DNA from: Eledone cirrhosa
Lineage: Eukaryota
Assembly: GCA_964016885.1 (NCBI GenBank)
Contig: OZ024741.1
Location: 144,956,001-145,020,000, forward strand
Direction of reading: 5' to 3'
DNA length: 64,000 nucleotides
Shown here: positions 40,755 through 53,091 of the stretch, in pieces
How the letters are laid out: every line of letters begins with the position of its first letter
How positions within the stretch are numbered: the stretch's first letter is position 1
Notes under the pieces: generated by a model
Told to the model about the DNA's origin: nothing
The model's input: the letters and a program-made list of their open reading frames with translations, nothing else
Databases searched by the model: none
Made by a program: the position numbers and the translations under genes

Positions 40755-41020
40755 AAAGTCTAAAGTCTGTCTTTAGCTAGAAGGCTCATTTGGCCGGTGT
40801 TTATCCTGGTTTAATGGGGTGAAGCGACTGAGAGTACAAGACTCCCTGCTGGACAGGGTTAAATCCCCAGCTATTGCTCGTACTCACTTTCAGCTGAGTA
40901 TACTGGAGCAACGGGAAATGAAGTATTTTGCTCAAGAATACAACACGCAACCCAGGAATTGAACCAACAACATTATGATCGTAAGTCCAACACCCTTACC
41001 ACTAGGCCACGTGCCTCTAC
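40755..41020 (-). mobile_element. tRNA-derived SINE, family C
   Basis: Minus strand GAGGCACGTGGCCTAGTGGTAAGGGTG...GGTTCAATTCC A/B boxes; central TTGAGCAA...TTGCTCCAGT..ACTCAGCTG domain shared with family B. Confidence 0.8.
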
Positions 41021-41042
41021 TTATATATATATATATATATAT

Positions 41043-41926
41043 GTGGGGCTACCTTTCACGGTGTGTCTCAATGAAAGAATTAATTATGCAAATAATTATT
41101 AATCAGAGCTATATATAAAATTGCAAGTTTGAAGAATTATTAGATAAAATATATCCAGTTTTTCCTCTCCCTAGTCCGTAGAAATCATAGAAATCAACCA
41201 CATAAATAATCATTTAAACGAGGCTATAATGTTAAAATGTAACTATGAAGAAATAATAGACAAATGATACAGACTATTTTCCGCGAGTGAGGGACAGGCA
41301 GATAAAATTTATCTAGTCATTCCTTTTAGCCTATAGAAATTGACTAGACAAATAATCAACTAAACAGAGTTAGGTCTAAAATATAAGTTAGAAGATAAAA
41401 ATGCATATAAACTTTACCAAAATTCCTCTAGTCCCGACTGCCGGCAGTTTCATTCCTTTTTTGTGGATATATCCAATCCTGGATTTATCCACAAGGCTTG
41501 GAGATTATCAAGAGACACCTCGAGTCTGGACTAAAATTTCTACCGTGATCCCTGCCTGAAATGAATTCAAAAATGGCTAAGAATCATCATGTGGCTAGTG
41601 GTCAAGGCAGAAGGTTGTGATTGGTTGCCAGGCGGCGAGTAGGCTGGTTGCTAGAAAGCGCAGCCAGATACTGCCTAAAGTGTTACTCTACCTTACGGGA
41701 GTATATATTAAATTCATAGGGATATATGGATATATTTAGACATAGTCACAGATAGATATATGAGTGTGGCTACCTTTCACGGTGTGGCTGAATGAAAGAA
41801 TAAATTATGCAAATAATTATTAATCAGAGCTATATATAAAATTGCAAGTTTGAAGAATTATTAGATAAAATATATAGTCTTTCCTCTCCCTAGTCCGTAG
41901 AAATCAACCACATAAATAATCATTTA
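41043..41926 (-). mobile_element. ~720-bp hammerhead element in partial tandem, a diverged relative of the 591-bp unit
   Basis: 41047-41217 is repeated at 41768-41926 (period 721); contains a TTGATAA-core HHR; patches of similarity to the 591-bp unit. Confidence 0.75.
41431..41516 (-). ncRNA. Type I hammerhead ribozyme, U3-A8 core variant
   Basis: Minus strand GTCTC-TTGATAA-TCTCC..TTGTGGATA...TATCCACAA..GGAAT-GAAAC-TGCCGGCA-GTC^-GGGAC; stem III palindrome ACTGCCGGCAGT. Confidence 0.78.
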
Positions 41927-42672
41927 TAATATAATAATAATAATAATAATAATAATGAAATATTGTGTACAGTGCTCAGGTGCACTACAACTCATAAAAG
42001 AGTGTAAACGTCAGGAAAATGAACAGTGCATGAGTCATGATATACACATGTGTGCATGTGTATGGAAGGGGGACATCAGGTGTAGTTTTGGTGAATTTCG
42101 GGAAGCATGAGTGTTTTAAAGGATGCAGTGTCTCGGCAGCTAACAACTGACGCAGGCAGTTTGTTCCATGCTTCAGCAACTCTGAGCGTGAAAAAATGTT
42201 TCCGAAAGTCATGGGAGCTGTGCTGTTTTCTGATTTTGTGGGCATGTCCACGTGTGTTAGACACATGGAGATCAAAAAGGTGCTCAGGGTTGTGTTGGCG
42301 AGATGGTTAATAACTTTGTGGGTGTTTACCAAGTCCATTGCCAGACGTCGGAGCTTCAATGAATCCATGCCCAGGGAAGCAAGGCGTTCAGAGTATGGTA
42401 GGTGTCTGATGGAGGGTATGCGCTTGGTTGCATGTCTCTGAACAGTTTCCAGGAGGTCAATGTTCTGAGCAAGATAGGGGTTCCAGGCTGATGATGTGAA
42501 TTCCAAGTGTGGTCGTACCATAGCTGTATACAGCTTTAAATAGATGGCTGGAGAGCGGCTAACAAAGGTCTTGCTGAGTGATGCCAAGACACCCTCGGCC
42601 TTCTTGACAATCTTAGAGACATGCTTTGTCCAACGCAAATTGCTACTGACAGTAATGCCCAGGTCACGTTCA
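41927..42672 (-). mobile_element. 5'-truncated CR1 LINE
   Basis: LYTAMVRPHLE...WNPY...LETVQRHATK...YSERL; TRGH..K...FFTLRVAEAWNKLP; (TTA)n tail. Confidence 0.92.
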
Positions 42673-42864
42673 TGGAGGAGACAAGATCACACAAATATTT
42701 ACCTGAGACTGTCATTGATGACATTTTGCTGTTTTAACAGCTTCCTTGCATTGAGTTTTTCTCATTATTTTATGCATACTTATATACATATGAATCCCGG
42801 GTTCAATTGGGGGGTAACCACAGTTAGTAAGGTACTCAATACATTAGTAGAGTATAAACAAAAT

Positions 42865-42946
42865 GTTTAATATAGAAAGGGCTTTCCTGATGATTTCTTT
42901 TGAATGAAACAGTTCTAGTCCTGTAGAAGCCATTTCTATATTAAAC
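42865..42946 (+). ncRNA. Type I hammerhead ribozyme with a long stem I, upstream of the Penelope-like ORF
   Basis: GTTTAATATAGAAA.GGCTTTC-CTGATGA-T-TTC(TTTT)GAA-T-GAAA-CAG(8 nt)CTG-TA^-GAAGCC.TTTCTATATTAAAC; predicted cleavage after 42925. Confidence 0.85.
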
Positions 42947-43014
42947 TTGTACTCAATATGATCACATGCAAGCGAGATACAGATATTCACAATAGATAGG
43001 CCAACCTATTTGTC

Positions 43015-43900
43015 ATGAATTTCTTAGACAAGACACTCAACATGTCGAATGGCCTGTACTACCTGTATAGAAAGCCGAATGATGCGTTAAATTACATTAG
43101 TAAGCATTCAAACCAGCCAGCCAACATAACCAAAAATCTGGTCAAAAACGTCTCATTGAGGCTTTCTCATTTATCGCCTAATGAGCATGTCTTCACTGAT
43201 CATTCCACATATTACAATGAAGTTCTAGCTCAGAATGGATTTGTAGATAAGGTAGAATACACGAAGTATGAGCAAAAACCTAGGAAAAATAGATCCAGAT
43301 GCATTATATGGTATAATCCATCATATATTATGGAAGTGGCCGCAACAATAACTAAAACTTTCCTTACTTTAATTGCACATAAATATCACAACATTTTTAA
43401 TAGAAACACAATTAAAATATCCTATTCCACAACTCTCCACCTCACACATAACATCACTGCATCTAATTTAACGAAATTTCCTAGCCATAGTAATATATAC
43501 AATCCAGAAGTGAGTTCTAGCTGTAATTATAGGAATAGAGACTACTACCCTATAGCCGGGAAATACCTATCAAGTGATATAATTTACATATGTAAGGTTG
43601 ACAGATCCACTTTAGTAAGGCTTACATAAGGTTAACTACTAATAGATTCAAGCAGTATCTGTACATGCACTCTCATTTATTTCGCTTTCAGCCTATATCT
43701 GGAGTTTAAAAGGCAATCACATCTGACATAAGTTACACTGGGAGTACCTAGCTAAAGCTAGATCCTACAATGGAAATAAAAGACTGTGTGATCTTTGCAC
43801 GCTGAAGCCATGGAAATACTTTACGCCAATGAACAAATCTTAAAAAAAAAATCTGAAGCAATTTCAACTTGTAAGTTTCAATTGTATAAAACTTTCTTGT
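43015..43900 (+). pseudogene. Penelope-like element RT C-terminus/thumb, linker and GIY-YIG endonuclease (decayed)
   Basis: NFLD..L....YRKPN...YI...SN.P; R.IIWYNP.Y; IFNRNTIKISYS; CN.R....P..G..L...IIY; downstream CDLC...E.L...SE.ISTC in shifted frames. Confidence 0.85.
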
Positions 43901-44111
43901 ATTACAGCCCAAATACCAATAATGCACTGGGATAATTGCTGGCCTTGTGCCAAAAGTAGAAACAATTATATCCTAATGGATAGAACGAATACTATGCTGA
44001 TAATATACGTCTTGATGTGGTAGCTAAGAACATTCTAACTTCATAACAAAATGTATTTATTTATATATGTAAAGGTATGTAAATATATATTTATATATAT
44101 GTGTGTGTGTG

Positions 44112-44142
<31 letters not shown>

Positions 44143-44149
44143 GTGTGTA

Positions 44150-44470
44150 GGAGGCACATGGCTTAGTGGTTAGAGCATTGGACTTGCAATCGAAAGGTTG
44201 TGAGTTCAATTCTCAGACCGGGTGATGTTTTGTTTCCTTGAGCAAGACACTTTATTTCACATTGCTGTAGAAATGAGATGATAGGGACTGGGGGTCCCTA
44301 TCATCCCACTGCAAAGTGGTCGTGGAAGTGCCACGGCAAAAAAGCACCCAGCACTCACTGTAAATGAGGTTGGTGTTAGGAAGGGCATCCAGCTGTAGAA
44401 ATCAAGCCAGAATCAGTTCCCGTCCCACCCTTGCAGGCAGGGAAAAGCAGACGTAAAATGATGATGATGA
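44150..44470 (+). mobile_element. Full-length SINE family B
   Basis: tRNA-like head with A/B boxes, central domain, RTE-type 3' end and (GAT)n. Confidence 0.9.
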
Positions 44471-44494
44471 AAAATGATGATGATGTGTATATAT

Positions 44495-44990
44495 ATGTAT
44501 GTATGTTCTTCTGGCTTAATAATTTCACAAATTTTTACCAAGAGAGAGAGAGAGTCAGTTTCTAACATAGATACAAGACTCTCTCATTGTAATTTACACA
44601 ACATCAACTGGGTAGATATGTATGCATGTCTGCATGGATGTGTGTGCAGGTATGGATGTTATTGTATGTGTGGATGTGGATTTTTTGAGTTATATGTGTG
44701 CACGTGTATATGCATTATATGTGTACATGGAGTTATTAGATGCAGAAATTTTGGAATGTTTTACATATTTTTACTGTTCCATTAATGGATTGTACTTGTA
44801 ATTTTCTAACTACTTGTATTCTTTCTGTTTCTGTGAAGCCCAGCTTTTCAAGATTTGTACTGAGGTAGTTACTAACATATTCCAGTGCTTCAATAATCAC
44901 AGGCATAAATCTGAAGGTGGAGTCAGAGTGGAGTATCTGCAGATTTCTCATTAGTTCTGCATAGATATTCTCCTTTTCGCTAATCTTTAA
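44495..44990 (-). mobile_element. 3' fragment of an R4-like non-LTR element (RLE C-terminus and 3' UTR)
   Basis: KISEKENIYAEL...FMPVIIEAL..V...L...LEKLG...LQVQSINGTVKI. Confidence 0.78.
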
Positions 44991-44996
44991 TATAAT

Positions 44997-45330
44997 TGTT
45001 TCTACTCTTGGCACAAGGCCAGCAATTACGCAGTATATTACTGGTACTTTATTTTATCGACCCCGTAAGGATGAAAGGCAAAGTTAACCTTGACAGGATT
45101 TGAACTCAGACCGTAAAGGGACGTAACTATTAATAATAATAATAATAATAATAATTGCTTCTACTTTTTGGTACAAGGCCAGCAATTATCCCAGTGTATT
45201 ACTGGTACTTTATTTTAGCGACCCCCGCAAGGATGAAAGGCAAAGTTAACCTCGGCGGGATTTGAACTCAAACCATAAACTCTTTGCTGCAAAGCATGGC
45301 GTCTGACCCTCTACCGATACTGCCAATCCA
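44997..45330 (-). mobile_element. Two tandem SINE family A copies
   Basis: 44997-45130 (5'-truncated) and 45155-45330, separated by (TAA)n. Confidence 0.9.
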
Positions 45331-45334
45331 ATAT

Positions 45335-46938
45335 TAATAATGAATAATAATGAAATTATTGTTTACAGTGCTCAGGTACACTACAACTCATCAAAGGTGC
45401 ATGTATAGTACATAGAATAATATACAAATGTCAGGGAAGTGAATAGTGTATGAGTTATGATATACATGTGTGCATGTGTATGGAGGGGGAATATTAGGTG
45501 TAGTGTTGGCGAATCTCAGGAAGCATGGAGGTTTTAAAGGATGCCGTGTCTCGACAAGTAACAACTGATGCAGGTAGTTTGTTCCATGCTTCAGCAACTC
45601 TGAGCGTGAAAAAATGTTTCCGAAAGTCATGGGAGCTGTGCTGTTTTCTGATTTTGTAGGCATGTCCACGTGTGTTAGACACATGGAAATCAAAATGGTA
45701 CTCAGGATTGGTGTTGGCAAGATGGTTTTGTGGGTGTTTACACAATAATTTTGTGGGTGTTTACCAAGTCAGTTGCCAGATGTTGGAGCTTCAATGTATC
45801 CATGCCCAGGGAAGTAAGGCATTCAAAGTATGGTAGATGCATGATGGAGGGTATTCGCTTGGTTGCACGTCTCTGAACAGTTTCTAGGCGGTCAATGTTC
45901 TGAGCAAGTTAGGGGTTCCAGACTGGTGATGCAAATTCTAAGTGTGGCTGCACCATAGCTACATACAGCTTTAAATAGATAGCTGGAGAGTGACAGATAA
46001 AGATCTTGCTGAGTGATGCTAAGACACCCTCGGCCTTCTTGACAATTTTAGAGACGTGCTTCATCCAACGCAAATCGCTGCTGACAGTAATGCACAGGTC
46101 ACGTTCACAAGAAGACTTCTTGATATTAGTGTTGTGGAGGGAGTATGTGGACGCTGGGTTTTTACTCCCAAAATGCATGGTGGTACACTTGTCCACAGCC
46201 AGCTTGAGTTGCCAGTCCATGATCCATTGTTGCATTGTGTCCAGGTCAGATTGCAGGCAAGATCTATAGTGTTCAGGATCTGTCCTTTTTATCTCAAGGT
46301 ACAGCTTGATGTCATCTGCGTACTTTAGTACTGTGGCATTCTTTAAGTTGGCATCTATGTAAGTAATATATGCCACAAAGAAAAGGAGGCCAAGAAGAGA
46401 TCCCTGTGGTACACCAGATGACATCTCATATGGTGAGGAATGCTGTCCCAGAACCGTGACTACCTCTCTTCGACTGAGAATGAAGGACTTCACCCAGTTA
46501 AAAAAATCATCCTTCACTCCCATTGCAGAGAGTTTTGCCATAAGTCTTTTGTGTGGCACAGAATTGAAAGCTTTTAGTAAAGTCAAGGTAAACAACATCC
46601 ACCCATGAACCACCATCAGTGATCCGGGTAATGTCTTCAAGAAACTCGATAAGTTGATCACAGCAGCTGGAGTTAGGGATAAATCCAAATTGCGAGGGCC
46701 GGATAAGACTGAGAGTTCCAGAATTTCCAACACAGGATTCCATCAGTTTGGCAATGCAGCTAGTAAGACTGACTGGACGATAGTTCACGGGTGACGTGCG
46801 GTCATCCTTTTTGAACAGAGGAATGACACTGGCAATTTTCCACTGTTCTGGAGTAGCACCGTTGTTCAGACAGAATTGGAAGAAGCGTGATAGCTGGTGC
46901 AGAAGGAAGTACCCACCACGTTTGAGAAGCATCTGCTG
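45335..46938 (-). mobile_element. 5'-truncated CR1 LINE (RT, frameshifted)
   Basis: WK.ASVIPLFKK.DR....NYRPVSLTS, QFGF, VYLDF.KAF.SVPH, SGVPQGS.LG, KYADDIKL, ERDL. Confidence 0.93.
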
Positions 46939-47064
46939 GGCAGCTAACTTCCACTACTGTGCATGTCTTCTTTTCCCTGTACCATATCGTTATATTGGTT
47001 CTGTATATATGTATCTATGTATGTATCTATGTATATGTATGCATATATGTATATATTTATATAT

Positions 47065-47247
47065 ATCATCATCATCATCATCATCATCATCACTGTTTTA
47101 CGTCATTTCTTCCATGCTAGCATTGGTTAGACGGGTTGTCCTGTTGTGGGCGATGCCAGGTCAGGTGACCATGTCTTGCTTATACAGAAATTATTTTGGT
47201 TAGATTTCTACAGCTGGATGCCCTCCCTAACTCCAACCTCATTTACT
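47065..47247 (-). mobile_element. RTE 3' UTR fragment
   Basis: (ATC)n plus subfamily-2 3' end. Confidence 0.82.
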
Positions 47248-48509
47248 GGGTGTTCCATAGCATATATATATATGCCAAAATATGGAACATATATATTTAT
47301 ATGTAAACTTATCATCATCATTTTACATCCATTTTCCTTGCAAGCAATGATTGGACATATATATATATATATATATGCACATATTGTGTGGGAATGTAGA
47401 ATTGGTTCTTTCAGTTATAGAAAATACAGAAAATTATTTTGCTCCATTAAACTAACTTTATTCATCCCCTTGCTGCCTTTTACAGAATTACACTAAATAA
47501 TAAAGATAGCTTTCTCACTATCATGTGGGAATATACATTGAATCTTATTTTATGCAATGGCAAATTTCTTCTATCCCTCAACTTATAAATGTTGTTTTAA
47601 CTGTGTTAAAGAAACACCAAAATCATGATGTTATCCTGGAAAAGTGACAAAACTGAATGCTACAAAAGAGCAATAAAAGGCATTGAAGCAATAACTTTTC
47701 CAAAGAAAAGGGAACAGGAGATGGTGTAGAGAAAAAGAAATTGGTTAGAAATTTATCAGAACAGTCAGGAATGTTCTGCCTGTCATTGTAGAATATATAT
47801 CATCAGACCCAGTTAAGTATGCCATGTTTCTGTAAAGGTCTTTTATACCATGTAATTTCAAATTATTATTTCAATTTTTATGATGGTGACTGAAAGCTGG
47901 ATTAATTACATTGGCTCATCTTGTAGGTGTTGGAACAGGCTCACAATATATGTATTGTCACTATTTCATTGGTTAACACTTTTGATATGAAACCACCTTA
48001 AACTGTTCCTTATTCTATGATATGAAGCTGTTTATTTAATGATGATGAAGTTAGTCCCCCCCCCTCTCTCTCTCTCTCTTACATATATATATATACATAT
48101 ATAGTCCAAACCATTCCAGCATGGAAAGGCAGATGTAAGATGATGTTGATGTTGCTTACTCTCATCAGCCTTATATGTATTTCACATATTATTTTATTTT
48201 CATTTAATTATAGAATTTGGCATTATCTTGGGAATTTAGATGTTCTCATAAATGTTAAAAAGTAGAGTAAGACAACTTTTTCAACGCAAGAGTATGATGA
48301 AGACAAAGATAGCTGTAGTTAATATGAATAAAATAGAGAGCAAAACAGATAGATGAACAGTTATATATATATATATATAGACACATGGATAGATAGTTAC
48401 ATTCATGTACATTGAGAATGAGAGAGAGAACTGGGTAGAGTGGAAGAGCATGAAATAAAGGAGGTAGAGAGAGAAAAAAAGATAGATACCGACAGATAAA
48501 TAGATAAAT

Positions 48510-48572
<63 letters not shown>

Positions 48573-49885
48573 GAGAGAGAGAGAGAGAAGGAGATATGAA
48601 AAAGTTCTGGAACAATTAAAAACTAAACAAAGAATGATAGGTTTCAGTATCGCCCATAGTTTTATCTTGATCTAATATCAGTCTTGAGGTGTCAATTTTG
48701 TCTTATTACAATCTCTTTGATGAAATATTTATAAAATAAGATTGTCCTCTGTATTATTCTTTATAATCTATTTACCTACAAATCACAGAAAGTGCACAGA
48801 ACCTTTTAAATATGAAATGGAAGAACGTGTAAAGTTTTCTCTTCAAGTTTTAGCATAGCTATATGTCTATAATTTTATGGTTTTCATATATTTTTGAAAA
48901 ATGTTGAAAGTTGCTGCCTCTGTTGAAGTGAATGGATTTTTTTCTCTGAGAAAGTGCAGATTGTATGATGTCTGTGTTTTGTTTGATGTTAATGTGCATG
49001 AACGATGAAGCACGGGTGTGCTGAGAGAAAAGCTGGACTTAAGAGGAATGAGATGTGTGTAAGCAACAAGATTGTGCTGCATATGGATCATGATCATTGG
49101 ATGAAAATAATGTAAAGAGTTCCCAGTGGAAGATAGCTGCTGAAGAGAAGACTGAGGAAAACCTTGAAAAAAATGTGCAGAGTAAATGTGTTCGACATTG
49201 AAAAGCAACTGTTTAATAATGATGATGATGATTACCATTTTTACATCCATTTTTTTTTCATACTAATTAGCAGGATTGTTAACGTGTAAGACAAAATGCC
49301 TTGTGGTATTTGTTTCTGCTCACTGAATTCTGAGTTAATAATTGTTTCTACTTTAGGCACAAGGCCAGCAATTACCCAGTGCAATAGTAGGTTGTTGATA
49401 TGGAATAGATAAAAATAGCCTAGCCATATCAACAACCTACTATGACAGATGGCTACTGGTCAGTACAAGGAAACACTTACAAACAGTCAGCAGCCAATAC
49501 CACCTCTGACTTGCCATGCCCATCAAAAACTTTTAAACTTCTACATACACAATTACTTACTGTCTTTCTTGGTTTCTCTCTTTTTCTATTTTTCCTTTCT
49601 TTCTTCCTCTTTCTTTTATATCTTTTTATATTTTTATATTCTTATGCTTCTCTTGTATATGTCTACTCCTCTCATTTTATAAGGTCCAAATTGCTACTAC
49701 TCATCACTCTGTTTTCATAATTTGTCGTGCACGAAGTTAAAAAGATTTCCACCGTATTTGAATTTGATTTTTCACGATCGATTATTGAGAATAGCAGATT
49801 CAAGACAAACTCCTATATGGCAATGAAACTTATGTAAATGCTAGAAATAAATCCTACTGTATTGCTAATCTGCGTGCTTATATAT

Positions 49886-50152
49886 ATCATCGTCATCATC
49901 ATCATCATCGTTTAACGTCTATCTTCCACGTTAGCATGGGTTTAGACGGGAATTGTCCCACTTGAGGCAAGATTGGTCGGGAGACCGTGTCTCACTCATA
50001 TAGGACTATCTGGCAGGTTTTCTACGGCTGGATGCCCTTCCTAACACCAACCACGTTTACAGTGTGGACTGGCAGGTTTTTACCATGTTACCTACACGGC
50101 CACATTATAGCGCGGACTGTGTGTTTTTTGTTGTGACACCTACACGACCTCA
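49886..50152 (-). mobile_element. RTE 3' UTR fragment
   Basis: Reverse complement of 11545-11800. Confidence 0.88.
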
Positions 50153-50859
50153 TATATATATGTAATGTGTGCGTATGTGCGCATGTGTGTATATATATAT
50201 GTATGTATATGTGTGTGTGTGTGCATGTGTGTGTATATATATATGTGTGTGTGTGTATGCATGTGTGTATATATATATATATCATGGAAAGAATTGTAGT
50301 AAACAACTATCAGTAAATGTGGCACCTTTAAGTAAAACAAGACAAGTGGTAAACTTCGTGACAAAAATGTACATGTTTTGGTAAAGACACTGAATAAACA
50401 AGAATATTCTAGTAAGAAAATATATTTCAATGAAACCTCTTCTTTAGTAATGGAAAACTTCAATTAATCACAATAGTAAAACTAACTTACAACTTTAATT
50501 TTTTTTCTTTCTTTCTACTTTTGCTCTTTAGTGGTTTCTGAATGACAATGAGATTGACATACAAAGAAATACATGAAATTTAAGATATATCTTAAGTTTA
50601 TTTGATTTTCTAAAAATATCGTGAAAAACAGAGTGAATTATAGCCTCAAAAACCAACAAAAAATATGAGTAAAAATAAAGTGCCTGATAAAGATCTATAC
50701 AAAGTTACAATTTAATTTTAAATTTACAATGAAGCCAGAATTGTAGAGCTATGTTTTCACAAATGTCAATTCTGTCTGTTTAGCAAATGAAGAAGCATTG
50801 CCTTTTTTTTTTTACTTATCATCATCATCATCATCATCATTTTAGGTAAATATTCAAAA

Positions 50860-52380
50860 TTTAGGCAGCTTCTCCCAATCTTTGAGACATGCTGGCTGCC
50901 ATTAGTCAACAAGGGGTGGATTGACAATTCCTGTGTGAGAAGGGTGTTGCTCCACGCCAGTGAGACCTGGTCAACGTCATCTGACTGTCCGAATCAGTTC
51001 AGAAGAAATGACAGAGCTATGATCTGCTGGATGTGTGGCGTGACCACTGAGGATGATGTCAGTTCAACTGAGCTCCTGAAAAGACTGCTGATTGACAACC
51101 TCATAAAAAAAAATAAAAAAAATGAAATATTGTGTACAGTGCTCAGGTGCACTACAACTCATCAAAAAGTGTATGTATAGTACATAAGGTAATGTACAAA
51201 CGTCAGGAAAATGAACAGTGCATGAGTCATGATATACACATGCGTGCATGTGTATGGAAGGGGTACATCAGGTGTAGTTTTGGCGAATTTCGGGAAGCAT
51301 GAGGGTTTTAAAGGATGCAGTGTCTCGGCAGCTAACAACAGACGCAGGCAGTTTGTTCCATGCTTCAGCAACTCTGAGTGTGAAAAAATGTTTCCGAAAG
51401 TCATGGGAGCTGTGCTGTTTTCTGATTTTGTAGGCATGTCCACGTGTGTTAGACATATGGAGATCAAAAAGGTGCTCAGGGTTGTGTTGGCGAGATGGTT
51501 AATAACTTTGTGGGTGTTTACCAAGTCCATTGCCAGACGTCGGAGCTTCAATGAATCCATGCCCAGGGAAGCAAGGCGTTCAGAGTATGGTAGGTGTCTG
51601 ATGGAGGGTATGCGCTTGGTTGCACGTCTCTGAACAGTTTCCAGGAGGTCAATGTTCTGAGCAAGATAGGGGTTCCAGATTGATGATGTGAATTCCAAGT
51701 GTGATCGTTCCATAGCTGTATACAGCTTTAAATAGATGGCTGGAGAGCGGCTAACAAAGGTCTTGCTGAGTGATACCAAGACACCCTCGGCCTCCTTGAC
51801 AATCTTAGAGACATGCTTTGTCCAACGCAAATTGCTGCTGACAGTAATGCCCAGGTCACGTTCACAAGAGGACTTCTTGTGGAGGGAGTATGTGGACGCT
51901 GGATTTTTCCTCCCAAAATGCATGGTGGTACACTTGTCCACAGCCAGCTTCAGTTGCCAGTCTGTGATCCATTGCTGTATTGTGTCCAGGTCTGATTGTA
52001 GGAAAGAGTTGTATATTTCAGGATCAGTCCTTTTGATTTCAAGGTATAGCTTGATGTCATCTGCATATTTCAGTGCCGTGGCATAGATGTGTTTCACAAA
52101 AGACGCTTGCATTGATATGGCCATGTTGAGTGTAGCGAGGGCTGGATCAACAAAGTAATGAATGTTGATCCAGGAGGCAGTAGAGGCCTAGGAAGACCAA
52201 AAAGGACTTGGATGGAGGATGTCCATTGGGATCAAGCTAGACTTGGCCTGGCCCAAGTTTGACCGGCAGATAGACACATGGAGCAGAATGCTAAGGATTG
52301 CTGTCAGACAGGGCCCACCCCTGCTTAGGGATTAATTGTGTCCTACATAATCAAAAACTGGATTATGATGATGATTATGA
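50860..52380 (+). mobile_element. Old RTE fragment split by the CR1 insertion
   Basis: VRRVLLHASETW...RNDRAMICWMCGV (50935-51100) resumes at ~52085 as RRLH*YGHV...GRPKRTW. Confidence 0.75.
51105..52082 (-). mobile_element. 5'-truncated CR1 LINE nested in RTE
   Basis: KYADDIKLY to the 3' UTR; near-identical to 41955-42672; A-rich run at 51105-51122. Confidence 0.93.
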
Positions 52381-53017
52381 TGATTCCATTGCTAGTATGT
52401 GTTGGACAAGTTGTCATGGTCCAAAACTTGATGAGTTAGAGTGACAGCATCTTGCTTATGTTCCATATGATATGGTCACTACAGCTGGATGTCCTTCCTA
52501 ACATCAACCACCCTTCAGAGTCTACTGAGTGCATTTTTTGTGATACCAACATTTCCACTTTACAGGGTGTACTAGGTGCATTTCATCATGGCACCACCAT
52601 TAGAGGGGTTGCCTTATGCTTGGTCAGACTGATGAGTCCTCTCAAACCCTATGTTATCTGTTCAATTACCAAACACTGTAGCTTCCTCTTGTGCCATGTG
52701 TACTTTTAGCACTGCAGTAATTGTACTGGTGGGCAGGCTTTTCCTTCTGTAAGAATATTTGATGTTTATTTTGTATTTTTTTAAACATGTTTCTATCACA
52801 GGTGACATGTGCAGTGGAGAGAAAATTGTAGGATATGATTTAAAAGAGGTTTGGATGCTATTTCTAGCAGGTCAAGTGACCATATAAAGGCTCTCTATAA
52901 ACTTCAGTGATGGGAAATGACTGCGGCAGAAGTTCACACATATACTACACATGCACACACATGCATGCACACATGCACGCACACACACATGCACATGCAC
53001 ACACACACATATATATA

Positions 53018-53057
<40 letters not shown>

Positions 53058-53091
53058 AATGTATTCATAGATATATAGAAATATAGATATC

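Noticed and set aside
44150-44220. tRNA-like sequence (also the heads at 1783, 39600 and 40950)
   Set aside because: These are SINE heads: no complete cloverleaf, and each is fused to a repeat body.
49786-49852. GAAACTTATGTA^AATGCTA with upstream TAGCA..ATT, hammerhead-like
   Set aside because: CUGANGA core is absent (CAAGA) and stem II is unconvincing; at most a dead relic.
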